From IMG/VR virus record IMGVR_UViG_3300023179_000033, positions 54,246 through 118,245 of that record: DNA of 64,000 bases; one strand, 5' to 3'. Position numbers and translations under genes: made by a program. Below the pieces are notes generated by a model, which had not been told where the DNA came from, ran no database searches, and was given only the letters and a program-made list of their open reading frames with translations. Numbering within the stretch: the first letter of the stretch is position 1; each line of letters starts with the position of its first letter. This DNA is from a virus. Shown here piece after piece: positions 41,023 to 50,966 of the stretch.

Positions 41023-42012
41023 TTATTCAAAATAAATAAAAGGTTTATAAAAATAAATTGAGCCACTATTAGTTGGATTAGGTCCACTACCAACAAAATA
41101 ACTAAGCCATTCTGCAAAAAACATTTGCAAAGAAGCGTATCGTGCTTTTCCATTTGTTTGATCTCCATTAGATGTAGAGAAGGTTGGAATGTCAACTGTA
41201 TCTGAAATTTTATTAAAGATATCACGTTTGGCTATATAATTAAATGGTATAGTTATATTATCCAGATTAGTTAAAAAAATAGAACTTCTTCTTCTTACTT
41301 TAACTTTACTTTGAAGTGGGCCAACCCATTGACACATTGCATTTGATCCTAGGTCTGCGTCAAAATTTACATAATCAGATTGTACATTTTGATTAATTCC
41401 ATATAAAGACTGTAATGCACTCAAAGCAGCAGTACCATTAGATGATTTAATGATGTTTATATTAACATAACTATGATATCCTAAGAGAGGATCAACAAAA
41501 TGTAAACATAATCCACCAAAATTCTCACCTCTGGGAGGATCATCATTTTTCATTAAATATTTTACTCCGTATCTTATTTTTGTTGCCCATGATGGGATTT
41601 CTACTAGTTGTTCTGTTCCATATTTTACCCAAGATTGATTATCTGATGGAGAAAAACTTGTTGTATTTGTTATAGTTTTAAGATAATTCGTGTTATTTAT
41701 TGTTAAACCAAATTTTGATCCTGCACCAAACATTTTTAATAATCTTGGTTGAAGTTCGTGATAAAATGGTAAAATATCATAAGGTGGATTTATGGAATGA
41801 AAAGTTCTATTAGCAAATGTTGTATAAATCCCCTCTGCCATATAAAAAAGTGGTGAATTATGATAATAATTTGTTAATATTCTTGTCTCAGATTCATATG
41901 TATGAGCATAATTATTATCAAAATACTCCCCACCTTGCAGAATTGGATAACTATTATCCGCATCAAATCGCGAATTTAAAATTGCATTTTTATAACCTTT
42001 AATTTGTCCCAT
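41023..42012 (-). CDS. Hypothetical protein within the lysis cassette
   Basis: 329-aa ORF abutting both neighbours. Confidence 0.6.
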   Translation of the reverse strand: MGQIKGYKNAILNSRFDADNSYPILQGGEYFDNNYAHTYESETRILTNYYHNSPLFYMAEGIYTTFANRTFHSINPPYDILPFYHELQPRLLKMFGAGSKFGLTINNTNYLKTITNTTSFSPSDNQSWVKYGTEQLVEIPSWATKIRYGVKYLMKNDDPPRGENFGGLCLHFVDPLLGYHSYVNINIIKSSNGTAALSALQSLYGINQNVQSDYVNFDADLGSNAMCQWVGPLQSKVKVRRRSSIFLTNLDNITIPFNYIAKRDIFNKISDTVDIPTFSTSNGDQTNGKARYASLQMFFAEWLSYFVGSGPNPTNSGSIYFYKPFIYFE

Positions 42013-42429
42013 TTAATTATTTATCCTATCTATTGTTTTATCAATTACACTATCTTGTGGGACTTTTTCTTTTAACCAAGAATTCATTACTCCAAAATAA
42101 ACAAGATGCTCATTATCAATTAAAAAAAGATCATTTCCATAGCGATCTTTGTATGGTTGTATTCCAGCATTCTCGACAAGTTCAATAGCTTTTTCTTTTT
42201 TAAATTTTACTTTATACATTTCAATTAATTTATTGTAGCGATCTTTTGCTTGAGTGGTAATTATTGTTCCATTTTCTAATAAAGCTATAACTCCACCATT
42301 ATCTTGATTATATTGAGATGGTGTTGATGCATCATAAGATGCAGTATCGTCTTGTATTTTATCTGGTGTTACTGTCGCGCAACCAACAAATAGAAGATTA
42401 AGAGCCAATACGCTTGCGAATTTTTTCAA
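42013..42429 (-). CDS. Lipoprotein (possible o-spanin)
   Basis: MKKFASVLALNLLFVG-C lipobox; overlaps the 3' end of 42398-42598. Confidence 0.6.
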   Translation of the reverse strand: MKKFASVLALNLLFVGCATVTPDKIQDDTASYDASTPSQYNQDNGGVIALLENGTIITTQAKDRYNKLIEMYKVKFKKEKAIELVENAGIQPYKDRYGNDLFLIDNEHLVYFGVMNSWLKEKVPQDSVIDKTIDRINN

Positions 42430-42598
42430 GATCTTTCTCCTTAAGCTCTTTCTCTATTTCATTTTGAAATTCAACTTCTTTACGAGCTTGATCGCGATCT
42501 TTCATTTCTTTGGTATTTTTTGCACCAAATACATTATTAATCGCTGAAAATATTCCAGAAATTGCACTAAAAAAAGCTTGTACAATTCCTGTTGGCAT
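42398..42598 (-). CDS. Small membrane/coiled-coil protein (possible i-spanin)
   Basis: Hydrophobic N-terminus followed by a charged helix; overlaps the lipoprotein gene. Confidence 0.5.
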   Translation of the reverse strand: MPTGIVQAFFSAISGIFSAINNVFGAKNTKEMKDRDQARKEVEFQNEIEKELKEKDLEKIRKRIGS

Positions 42599-43057
42599 TT
42601 ATTCTACGTATCCTGCTGTAGCGTCTTTACAACCTGCGGCGATTGCATTAAGAACTTTTACAGCAAGAGCAGCGTCTCCATTTAATTTAGTAAATTGTGC
42701 AGCATAGATATCTTTAACCGCAATAACATATTTTGCCCAATGAGTTTTTTCTACTGGAAGATAGTCTGTAAGGGCTTTTTGAAGTTGGTCTGGAGTTGGA
42801 GTTTGACCAATTGTAAGACTTTCGACTATTGTTGCAATATGATTAATCATCCTAGCTTTTTCTATGCGATCTTCTGGTGAAAGAGCTTGTTCAAGAACAA
42901 CCGTACAAGCAAGAATAACTGCTGGTTTAATATAAGGAAGAGCGTTCTCTACTGCTGTTGTTCCGCCAACTTGATTGTCTCCACCAGTATTTGTCGTAGA
43001 ACAACCTACCATAAAAATACCCATAAGGGCAACTGCGATTAGATTTAGTTTATTCAT
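42599..43057 (-). CDS. Lipoprotein
   Basis: MNKLNLIAVALMGIFMVG-C lipobox. Confidence 0.7.
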   Translation of the reverse strand: MNKLNLIAVALMGIFMVGCSTTNTGGDNQVGGTTAVENALPYIKPAVILACTVVLEQALSPEDRIEKARMINHIATIVESLTIGQTPTPDQLQKALTDYLPVEKTHWAKYVIAVKDIYAAQFTKLNGDAALAVKVLNAIAAGCKDATAGYVE

Positions 43058-43347
43058 ATTCCTTCTCCATTTTGATTTATAACTCTTTTTTTAGCTTCTT
43101 TTGTTTGAGCTATTTTACCGCCCGTTACATTTGCGTCTTTTACTGTAAGAGCAAAAACTATTCCACTTACAACTGCTATAAGTTTAGAAATTCCAAGAAC
43201 ATAAGCTTCAATTTTGTCTGGAAGAAATGCAACAAGTGAATTATCGCTATGAATTGCTACGGCTGTAGCTACTGCAACAACTGTCAATATTCCAGAAGTT
43301 GAAGATCTCCAATTTGGTCCAAATAAATTAGCTAACATATTTTTCAT
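43054..43347 (-). CDS. Putative holin (2 TM)
   Basis: NWRSSTSGIL..two hydrophobic helices..LTVKDANVTGG with a basic tail; first gene of the lysis cassette. Confidence 0.6.
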   Translation of the reverse strand: MKNMLANLFGPNWRSSTSGILTVVAVATAVAIHSDNSLVAFLPDKIEAYVLGISKLIAVVSGIVFALTVKDANVTGGKIAQTKEAKKRVINQNGEGI

Positions 43348-43383
43348 AATATATTACACTATATTATAATAGCATATAAATTA

Positions 43384-44514
43384 TTAATTTTCAAATAAAT
43401 TATATACTTGTTCTATTTTTTGAGCAGACTTTTGCCAAGAATAATTTCTGCATATCTCTAAGCCTTTATTTATCCTCTTTCTTTTATTTTCTTCTGTTAA
43501 ATTAATAAATGCATCTATTGCAGATTCTATAGATTCTTTGGTTATTCCGCAATTTATAGCTACATCTTCTGTTAAAAAATCTCCCATACCATCCACGAAG
43601 CTGCTTAATAATATATTATTACTAGCAAGAGCTTCTAAGGCGACTATCCCAAATGGCTCATGAATACTTGGCATTATTACTGCATCTGCTGAAAATAACA
43701 TATCTATTTTCTCTTGATTATATTTTGGACCAACGTATATAAAATTTTTATCTTTTTCGCTTCTATTTATAACTTTTTGCACCAACTCTGCCGCAGAGCC
43801 TTTATGTCCGCCAATAATAATTAAATCTACATTTGATGGTAATTTTATATCAATAAGTGTTTGTATATTTTTTTGATATTCAAGTCTACCAATATAAATT
43901 ATTTTATATTTATTACCTCCCGGCAATTTGATATCATTTTGTTTTTTCCATAAATTTAAGTCTATGCCATTCTCAATAACAAATGTTTTATTCCAAAAGA
44001 AAGAAGAAGATTTTTTTGCATAATTATTAGAAACTTGAATTATCGCATTAGATTTATGCATTCCTTCTATCTCTATAGCTTTATGAAGTTGATATAATGG
44101 GCTTGCATTTATATCAATATTATAACTTTTAACTAATTCATTAATAGATAATTGAATTGTTGTTATCAATGGAATCTTGTAATAATCAGCAAGAAACATA
44201 GATGGCATAAAAGTGCTCCAATCAAAAGAATGTATAATATCTGGTTTTGGATATTCGAATGATTTCTTGATAAATGAATTTTGATTTAAAAAAGGATAAA
44301 ATAAAGGATCAACTTTTGTTGCGTAAATTTTTAATAAACCTTCTATACTTTTAAATGAATAATTTTTACCAGTAAATTCTCCGCCAAATTCACAATGTCC
44401 AATTATATCAAAATGATATTTATCACTAATATGATTTAAATTATTTCTTAATTGTTCTCCCATTCCACCCATTACATTATGAATAGAATCGGTTAAAAGA
44501 GCTTGTATTCGCAT
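43384..44514 (-). CDS. Glycosyltransferase family 4
   Basis: MGGMGEQ, PDIIHSFDW, IENGID, YIGRLEYQKN, PSIHEPFGIVALEALAS. Confidence 0.9.
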   Translation of the reverse strand: MRIQALLTDSIHNVMGGMGEQLRNNLNHISDKYHFDIIGHCEFGGEFTGKNYSFKSIEGLLKIYATKVDPLFYPFLNQNSFIKKSFEYPKPDIIHSFDWSTFMPSMFLADYYKIPLITTIQLSINELVKSYNIDINASPLYQLHKAIEIEGMHKSNAIIQVSNNYAKKSSSFFWNKTFVIENGIDLNLWKKQNDIKLPGGNKYKIIYIGRLEYQKNIQTLIDIKLPSNVDLIIIGGHKGSAAELVQKVINRSEKDKNFIYVGPKYNQEKIDMLFSADAVIMPSIHEPFGIVALEALASNNILLSSFVDGMGDFLTEDVAINCGITKESIESAIDAFINLTEENKRKRINKGLEICRNYSWQKSAQKIEQVYNLFEN

Positions 44515-44552
44515 CTATTTATACTATAAAAATAAATAAAGAAAATATAAAA

Positions 44553-46229
44553 TTAATAATCAAAAGCAAACATGTCCAAGACAATTCCAGTTGGATTTGC
44601 TCCATTTGGGAATCCTTGAGAAGTAGCAAATCGCATTCCACTTGGACCATGATTTCTAAAAGCCATATTTAACCAGCTATTATTTTGTGCATCTGTTGTT
44701 AGCCATGCAGATTCAAATACAATATGACAACCTGTACTAGTTCCGCCGATGCCTGCTGCGCCGCAAGCATTAAATGGATTACAATTTATATTAGTTCCTT
44801 GAGCAGAGTAGAATCCAACTAAAAATCCTGTAAGATATTGTGCTGCGTTCTGAGCGTAAGTTATCCCAGTCTTGTATGTTGCAGTAGCGAGAGAAATATT
44901 TACAAATGTATTACCAGATACAATATATTCTCCAAAATTACCTCCAAAAGCTTTTGTATTATATGCTTGAGTATAATCTTTAGTTACATATAAAAAATCA
45001 TTGCTAAATTTTGTTGGATCAATTAGAGAAAATGCACCATAGCGATTTCCGATACTACCTCCGCCAATAGCGAAACTACCGCCAAAAGGAGAAAAGTCTA
45101 TACCACAATTATTAGTAATTGTTGTGCTACTATTAAACATGAATTCAGTATGTGTGCCTAATGCAACTGTTGGACTTTGATTAGCGATAGCTAAATTTCT
45201 AGAAGCTATAACTCTTGGTAAGAGCGGTCTAGGAGCAAACCCTGTTGTAGAAAAAAGGACCATTGTTTCATTTGGATTATTTAAAACTCCAAGGTTTCCA
45301 GAATAAACTAGTCTAGAGAAAGGAGCTATTCCAGTTAGAATATTTATTCTACCAGTTTTAATTCCTGCGTCTGAATAAAAACCTAATGGGTTTCGTGAAT
45401 AATGCGCCTCATTAAACATAAAACCACTTACATTCACATGTCCATCAACCTTTAGATTTCCAGATACTTCAATTGGTCTAAAAGCTTCAATTTTTGATGG
45501 GCGAAATATAATAGTATCTTGAAGATTCGTTGGGCTTGGGCTACTTCTAAAGTTTATACCAATTTTTTGAAAACCATCATAAGCAGCATATATAGTTTGA
45601 TCATAATTAGTACCACCTAAACCGAGCCATTGTAATCCTTTTGAATCTTCTAATCCGGTTGGAGTATTAACTTGTGCCCTAGCTAAAACTATTCCAGAAT
45701 TAAAAGTTTTAATTCCACTAATAGTTTGATCTCCAGTATTGTAGACTAAATTAGTCGCATAAATATTTCCTTCTGTCAAAGTTACGTCTGTACCACTTAA
45801 TTGTAAATCATCAATTTGTAATTCAAAATTTGTATTAATTGTAAGTTTTTTAGAAGATCCACCTGTTATATTAACATCATCAAGAAAAATTCCAGTAGAA
45901 TTAAAAGTTTTAATTCCACTAATAGTTTGATTGCCAGTATTGTAAACAAGATTATTTGCATATAATTCTTGAAAATATCCTGTATATCCACTAATATTTC
46001 CAGTTGTAGTTATATCTATTATCTCATTGTATTTAATTGTTCCTGCAACAGTAAGATCTCCAGATACATTTAAATTATTTAAAAAAGTTTTAATTCCACT
46101 TATATTTTGATTTGTTGTAGTTGTGACAAATCCATTAGCTAAAACTCCAGTATCTTGAACTACTTGAGCTACAAAACCGCTAAGATCAGTCTGATTAATT
46201 TGTTTTACTCTAATAAAATTTTCAGCCAT
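44553..46229 (-). CDS. Fibre-like structural protein
   Basis: Three copies of (T)GNQTISGIKTF, a motif shared with fibre 32249-35446. Confidence 0.6.
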   Translation of the reverse strand: MAENFIRVKQINQTDLSGFVAQVVQDTGVLANGFVTTTTNQNISGIKTFLNNLNVSGDLTVAGTIKYNEIIDITTTGNISGYTGYFQELYANNLVYNTGNQTISGIKTFNSTGIFLDDVNITGGSSKKLTINTNFELQIDDLQLSGTDVTLTEGNIYATNLVYNTGDQTISGIKTFNSGIVLARAQVNTPTGLEDSKGLQWLGLGGTNYDQTIYAAYDGFQKIGINFRSSPSPTNLQDTIIFRPSKIEAFRPIEVSGNLKVDGHVNVSGFMFNEAHYSRNPLGFYSDAGIKTGRINILTGIAPFSRLVYSGNLGVLNNPNETMVLFSTTGFAPRPLLPRVIASRNLAIANQSPTVALGTHTEFMFNSSTTITNNCGIDFSPFGGSFAIGGGSIGNRYGAFSLIDPTKFSNDFLYVTKDYTQAYNTKAFGGNFGEYIVSGNTFVNISLATATYKTGITYAQNAAQYLTGFLVGFYSAQGTNINCNPFNACGAAGIGGTSTGCHIVFESAWLTTDAQNNSWLNMAFRNHGPSGMRFATSQGFPNGANPTGIVLDMFAFDY

Positions 46230-48168
46230 TTTTTATATCCTCAGATTTTTTGCTATGATAAAGAATGCTTGCAACATAACTATCTACACTATGCTCTGCC
46301 GCAATACTATCAATCTCATTTATAGTATTTAAATTTTTATCTTTAGGATTAGTTACATATTCTCCAACTACATTTTCCCAATTTTCTGGTGACTCGTTTG
46401 AAGCAATAATTTTAACTATTTCAAAAGCAACATCTTTTTGTTGTTTAGAAAGTTTACGAAGTGAATGTTTTTCTCTAAGACTTGCTTCTACTTTATCTTG
46501 AAGTTTTGAAGCCAAGATGAAATTATTTTTAATTTTTTCTATATCAAAAAATGTGGCTTTGCTTTGTTTTCCACCGCCAACTGGTTTAACATTCTTGGTT
46601 GTTTGAGGTATTCCTGTTGATCCCTCTGGTCTTCCGGGTTCACCCATTTTAGCACCACCAATAAGTGGTTGATAATAACCTTGATCTTTTAATTCTCTAA
46701 GTCTTTGTTGTGATTCAACAGAACTTTCTGGATCTGGTAATTTTCCTGTTTCGATTGCAGCTAAACCTTCTTCTGGAGTTAATATACCAAGTTCTACAAG
46801 TCTTGTGTATATTCTTGAATACTGAATATCATCTTTAAGATCAATATCTTCAAAGTATGGAGTTGGATAATTTTTAAATCCAAGTTCTTTACTAATTCTA
46901 CGAATCTCTGGATATAAGAAATTATTTATAAATGATTCACGAGCCTGTTTTAATCTTTCAATAAATACTTGAACCTTGATACTTTCATTTGCAAACTTTT
47001 CATTACCAATAAGAATATTATTTAAACCAATTTGAATATCACGATCAACAATTTGATATTTTTCTGGACCCATTAAACTTCCAATATTAGGAATAATAAA
47101 TTCTGCTTTAGTTGTATAATCAGCAATAAGAACGCGACCAACGCTTTGATTTGTGAATAGACCTTGCATGGCTTCTAGGTTCTTTTGATTAATACCACCT
47201 TTATCAGGTTCTGTTCCCATTGTTATTAATAATATAATTTGTTGTAATGAACGAGCTACAGCCATATCCATTTTTTTCATTTCTGCTTTCCAGTTAATAT
47301 CTTCTAATACTGGAAAGCCCATAGGAACTGCAAATGGTTCGTAGTCTTGTTTTTTATAAAATACAGCGCAGAGTCTATTGCGGTCTAATGGAAGAGTTAA
47401 AATTCCAACTCTTGTTTTTGTTATAAGCTTTTGGGTTTCTGGAGGTAAACTTTTTAATACTTCTAGATCTTCTTCTGTTTTAGGAGCTTTTAATCTTTCT
47501 AATTCATAATCACTTAAAATTTTATAATATCTTCCTACTGAAAAATTGATTGTGCCACCTATTTGAACATCTGCAGGATTAATAATATTATATCTTGCTG
47601 GCAACATAATATTTGCAGCTTTCGCAGATAATCCAAAAGTTTGAGTAATTTTATTTACGTCTTCTGGTTGAATTTTTGTATCAAAACGATAAATAAATAC
47701 ATTTCCACTTCTATAATATTCACGAAAAAATTGATCAAGTAAATCAAATATATTTATTTTCTTTAACCATGCGGTAAAAAAATCTCTGCTTTTTTGACTT
47801 CCACCTTTAAAATAAATATTACTGCAAGAAAATTCTGTCATTAAATCAATTGTGTTTCTAAATATTGCAAAATTATAGTAACATTTTTGGCAAAGAATGA
47901 CCGCATCGCGGACATTCATATTAGAACTATTTGCTATACCAGTAGAATATCTAAAAGGAATTAATCCATCATCAATATTTTTATATCTGCCAGTCCTAGT
48001 AATATCTGCAGCCGCATTTCTTCTAGTTTGAGTATGAGAAGAATCATTTAAATCTGAACCTGCTACTGCGGCTTGAATTTCGTAATTTGTAGAAGCTTCA
48101 GTAACCATCAAGGGTTGAATTTGGTCATTTTTAATGATTTTTTCTTGTTTTTTAGATTTTTTAGCCAT
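46222..48168 (-). CDS. Portal protein
   Basis: 648 aa directly after TerL; YYNFAIFRNTIDLMTEF..FFREYYRSGNVFIY..LVELGILTPEEG. Confidence 0.8.
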   Translation of the reverse strand: MAKKSKKQEKIIKNDQIQPLMVTEASTNYEIQAAVAGSDLNDSSHTQTRRNAAADITRTGRYKNIDDGLIPFRYSTGIANSSNMNVRDAVILCQKCYYNFAIFRNTIDLMTEFSCSNIYFKGGSQKSRDFFTAWLKKINIFDLLDQFFREYYRSGNVFIYRFDTKIQPEDVNKITQTFGLSAKAANIMLPARYNIINPADVQIGGTINFSVGRYYKILSDYELERLKAPKTEEDLEVLKSLPPETQKLITKTRVGILTLPLDRNRLCAVFYKKQDYEPFAVPMGFPVLEDINWKAEMKKMDMAVARSLQQIILLITMGTEPDKGGINQKNLEAMQGLFTNQSVGRVLIADYTTKAEFIIPNIGSLMGPEKYQIVDRDIQIGLNNILIGNEKFANESIKVQVFIERLKQARESFINNFLYPEIRRISKELGFKNYPTPYFEDIDLKDDIQYSRIYTRLVELGILTPEEGLAAIETGKLPDPESSVESQQRLRELKDQGYYQPLIGGAKMGEPGRPEGSTGIPQTTKNVKPVGGGKQSKATFFDIEKIKNNFILASKLQDKVEASLREKHSLRKLSKQQKDVAFEIVKIIASNESPENWENVVGEYVTNPKDKNLNTINEIDSIAAEHSVDSYVASILYHSKKSEDIKNG

Positions 48169-48189
48169 TTTGTTGTTAAATATTACACA

Positions 48190-50034
48190 TTATCTGATCA
48201 TAATAGGCGAAAAAGTAGGTTGAACTTCGACTATTTGAGTTGTCATTATATCATTATAACACTTTACAGCCCAATTTGCTAACATAAATGCTGAATAATT
48301 ATCTTTTCTGGCTTTATTAGCCGATGCACTTCTTTTTAAATGTTGAGGTAAATCAAAACTTTGTGTTCCTCTACTGGTCGTAGAGTGTTCAATTAATACG
48401 CATTGTTTTTTAGTTTGATATATAAAATCATCTTGATTTTCAATAAAATCTAATATTGTCCAATCTTTTTTATCTTCGGTTTTCATTAATTCTAAAGGGA
48501 TATTTAAAGCTATTGTTTCGTTAAATGATGTTTCGTCTGAGGCTGTGCGACTAGCAAACCATACTTTTTTATAATCAATACATGCTTGAAGGTATTCATT
48601 TGCTTTACGAATAAAATTACTAGTAAAAACTTGATTAAATGCAATTCTTTTGTTTTCTAAATTATATTGATTTTTAACATTTTTAATCATTAAATCATAA
48701 TCTGCGCCTTCAAGGTCAGAATCAAAATCCAATGTTTTAATTTCAATTCTATCTTGTTTAAATAAACTTGATTCATTGCATGCAGACAAGAATGTGTCCG
48801 CTCCTGCATTATCAATAACCATAAAAACAATATTAAAACTTTTCATTATGTAATATAAATAATTAACATGATTTTTTAAATTGCCTAGTCCTGCATAAGT
48901 ATGTACTAATATGCCCTGTTTTTTTTCTTCGTCATACTCCATAACAGCCATAGCAAAATAATCCGCATTTGGACTATCACTCATATTAGGGTCAATTCCA
49001 AGAATATATCTTTTCTTTGGATCACCTCGCATTAATGTATGAGGTCTTTCTCCAGTTTTTAATGTGCATTCTTCCATTTTCTTTGCGTTAAAATAACTAT
49101 CGCTACCATCTGTAAATTGCGCGCAGTATTCTCTTAAGAATCCGCTATGACTTGATCCACCAGCTTGAGCTTCTTCAATAATTGTTTTATCAATCATTTC
49201 TTCTGGTAATGCTTCATAACTCATTTGACTTACAAAATAAGTTGCTTCACCTTTTTCTGGACTATTAATTTTTTCACACCATTCAAGATAAGTTTTATAA
49301 AGATTCTCAAATGTATAACTTGCAGATGAAAGAGCAATCATCTTACTTGTGTTTTCAAAAACCATTCTATCTTTTTCTTGCATTACTCCTTCTGATATTA
49401 ATTTATCTTCAAACTCGCGAATCTCCATTCTCTCTTTCATGTTTTGTGGAGCGACCAAGAATGGCATTAATACATTTTTAATGATCTCTTCTGGCAATAG
49501 AAGAAACTCATCAAGCACAAGAATATTTGCTCGAAAACCTCGAATCTTTTCTCCATTAAGAGGAATTGCTACAATACTTCCATTATTAATTTGCCATTCA
49601 AATTGATCATTTCTTTTTGCTTTTGCTCCAAAGCATTGAGAAAGTAATTCTGCTCCGGGGCTTTGAACAATTTTCTCTAGATTATTAAAAATAAATCTTG
49701 CAGTTCTAAATGTTGGACCAGCTATAAGTATTTTTGTATTAGGTTCAAATATGCATTGAAGAAAACAAAATACCGCAGCCATAAAAGATTTTCCACAACC
49801 ACGACCAAATACGCACATATTAAAATTTCTATTCATCATAGCTTTTAAATGTATCTCTTGATAAGCTGCAAGTTTAACTCCACTAATTAGCTCAACAGTA
49901 AAGCCAATATTTGCTCTTAAAAATTTAGCCAAAGTAATTTTTGCTTCGCGATCATTAAGGAATCCTTTTAATTCAGATAACTCTGCATTAACGTCTTTAA
50001 TCTCTTTTAAATATTTTTCTGGACAAAAAATCAT
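48190..50034 (-). CDS. terL: Terminase large subunit
   Basis: Walker A GRGCGKS, Walker B ILVLDE, motif III ALSSA, nuclease ILGIDP and RKDNYSA. Confidence 0.92.
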   Translation of the reverse strand: MIFCPEKYLKEIKDVNAELSELKGFLNDREAKITLAKFLRANIGFTVELISGVKLAAYQEIHLKAMMNRNFNMCVFGRGCGKSFMAAVFCFLQCIFEPNTKILIAGPTFRTARFIFNNLEKIVQSPGAELLSQCFGAKAKRNDQFEWQINNGSIVAIPLNGEKIRGFRANILVLDEFLLLPEEIIKNVLMPFLVAPQNMKERMEIREFEDKLISEGVMQEKDRMVFENTSKMIALSSASYTFENLYKTYLEWCEKINSPEKGEATYFVSQMSYEALPEEMIDKTIIEEAQAGGSSHSGFLREYCAQFTDGSDSYFNAKKMEECTLKTGERPHTLMRGDPKKRYILGIDPNMSDSPNADYFAMAVMEYDEEKKQGILVHTYAGLGNLKNHVNYLYYIMKSFNIVFMVIDNAGADTFLSACNESSLFKQDRIEIKTLDFDSDLEGADYDLMIKNVKNQYNLENKRIAFNQVFTSNFIRKANEYLQACIDYKKVWFASRTASDETSFNETIALNIPLELMKTEDKKDWTILDFIENQDDFIYQTKKQCVLIEHSTTSRGTQSFDLPQHLKRSASANKARKDNYSAFMLANWAVKCYNDIMTTQIVEVQPTFSPIMIR

Positions 50035-50966
50035 ATAATTTTCATATCATATGCTAATTGTAAATCTATTTTCTTATAAAAACATTTACTAGCAAATATA
50101 GCCTCAATTAATCTTGTCATTTCTTTTCTACCATCAACAAATAAAAATTGTAAATTATCATAGCTTTGTAAAAGTTCTCTTACATTATGGAATATATATT
50201 CTGGAGTTGCTTTTATTTTTTTACTTATATGAGGAAGATATTGAAAACTTAAAGCATTTGCAAGCGTTTCTTCTACCATAACAATAACATATGAATTATT
50301 TTTTCTAGCTTTTTCTATTTCATTTTTAAAACGATCATAATTTTTGACGCTAAGTGTACTTATAAAATCGCTAAGACTTTTTCTTTCTATGAAGCATCCA
50401 CAATTATCATTTGAACAAGCATAATCTCCGAATGGTAAAGTCTTAATTTCAAATGGTATATTAAATTTAAGCCAACTTTGTTCTCTTGTGTCTACATAGA
50501 TTGTATCTTTTTGTGTTAATTTATTTTTAAAATTATCTCCAGTTAGATTAGGATGAACAAATTTATTTTCTAAACCTATAGAAGAACAAGTATCATAATA
50601 ATCTTTAAATATCTTATTATAGAATATAATTGATGGTGCCATTATTGTTCTTAATTCAATTTGAGTTGGTGAATAAATTAAATTTTTACTATCTTTTCTT
50701 TTAATTAATAATTGCTTGCAATATTCTTGGGCTTTATTTATTGGCTGTTCTTTTAGCCATTTTTTCATATTATTCTTGTCATTAAAATCGCTATTAAGAT
50801 ACTGCTCTTTGGTTTTAAAATTTATTAATTCATTTGTAAGTAGATCGCGGCGTTCATAATAAGTTTGATAATATTTTACTTTATTTAAACCATAACCTTT
50901 AAGCGCAAGATGAAGACTCTTTTCATCTTTAAACTCTTTACCATCTATTTTACATATTACGCTCAT
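50031..50966 (-). CDS. ERCC4/XPF-family nuclease
   Basis: IYVDTREQ..TLPFGDY..IERKSLSDFIST..RFKNEIEK. Confidence 0.8.
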   Translation of the reverse strand: MSVICKIDGKEFKDEKSLHLALKGYGLNKVKYYQTYYERRDLLTNELINFKTKEQYLNSDFNDKNNMKKWLKEQPINKAQEYCKQLLIKRKDSKNLIYSPTQIELRTIMAPSIIFYNKIFKDYYDTCSSIGLENKFVHPNLTGDNFKNKLTQKDTIYVDTREQSWLKFNIPFEIKTLPFGDYACSNDNCGCFIERKSLSDFISTLSVKNYDRFKNEIEKARKNNSYVIVMVEETLANALSFQYLPHISKKIKATPEYIFHNVRELLQSYDNLQFLFVDGRKEMTRLIEAIFASKCFYKKIDLQLAYDMKII

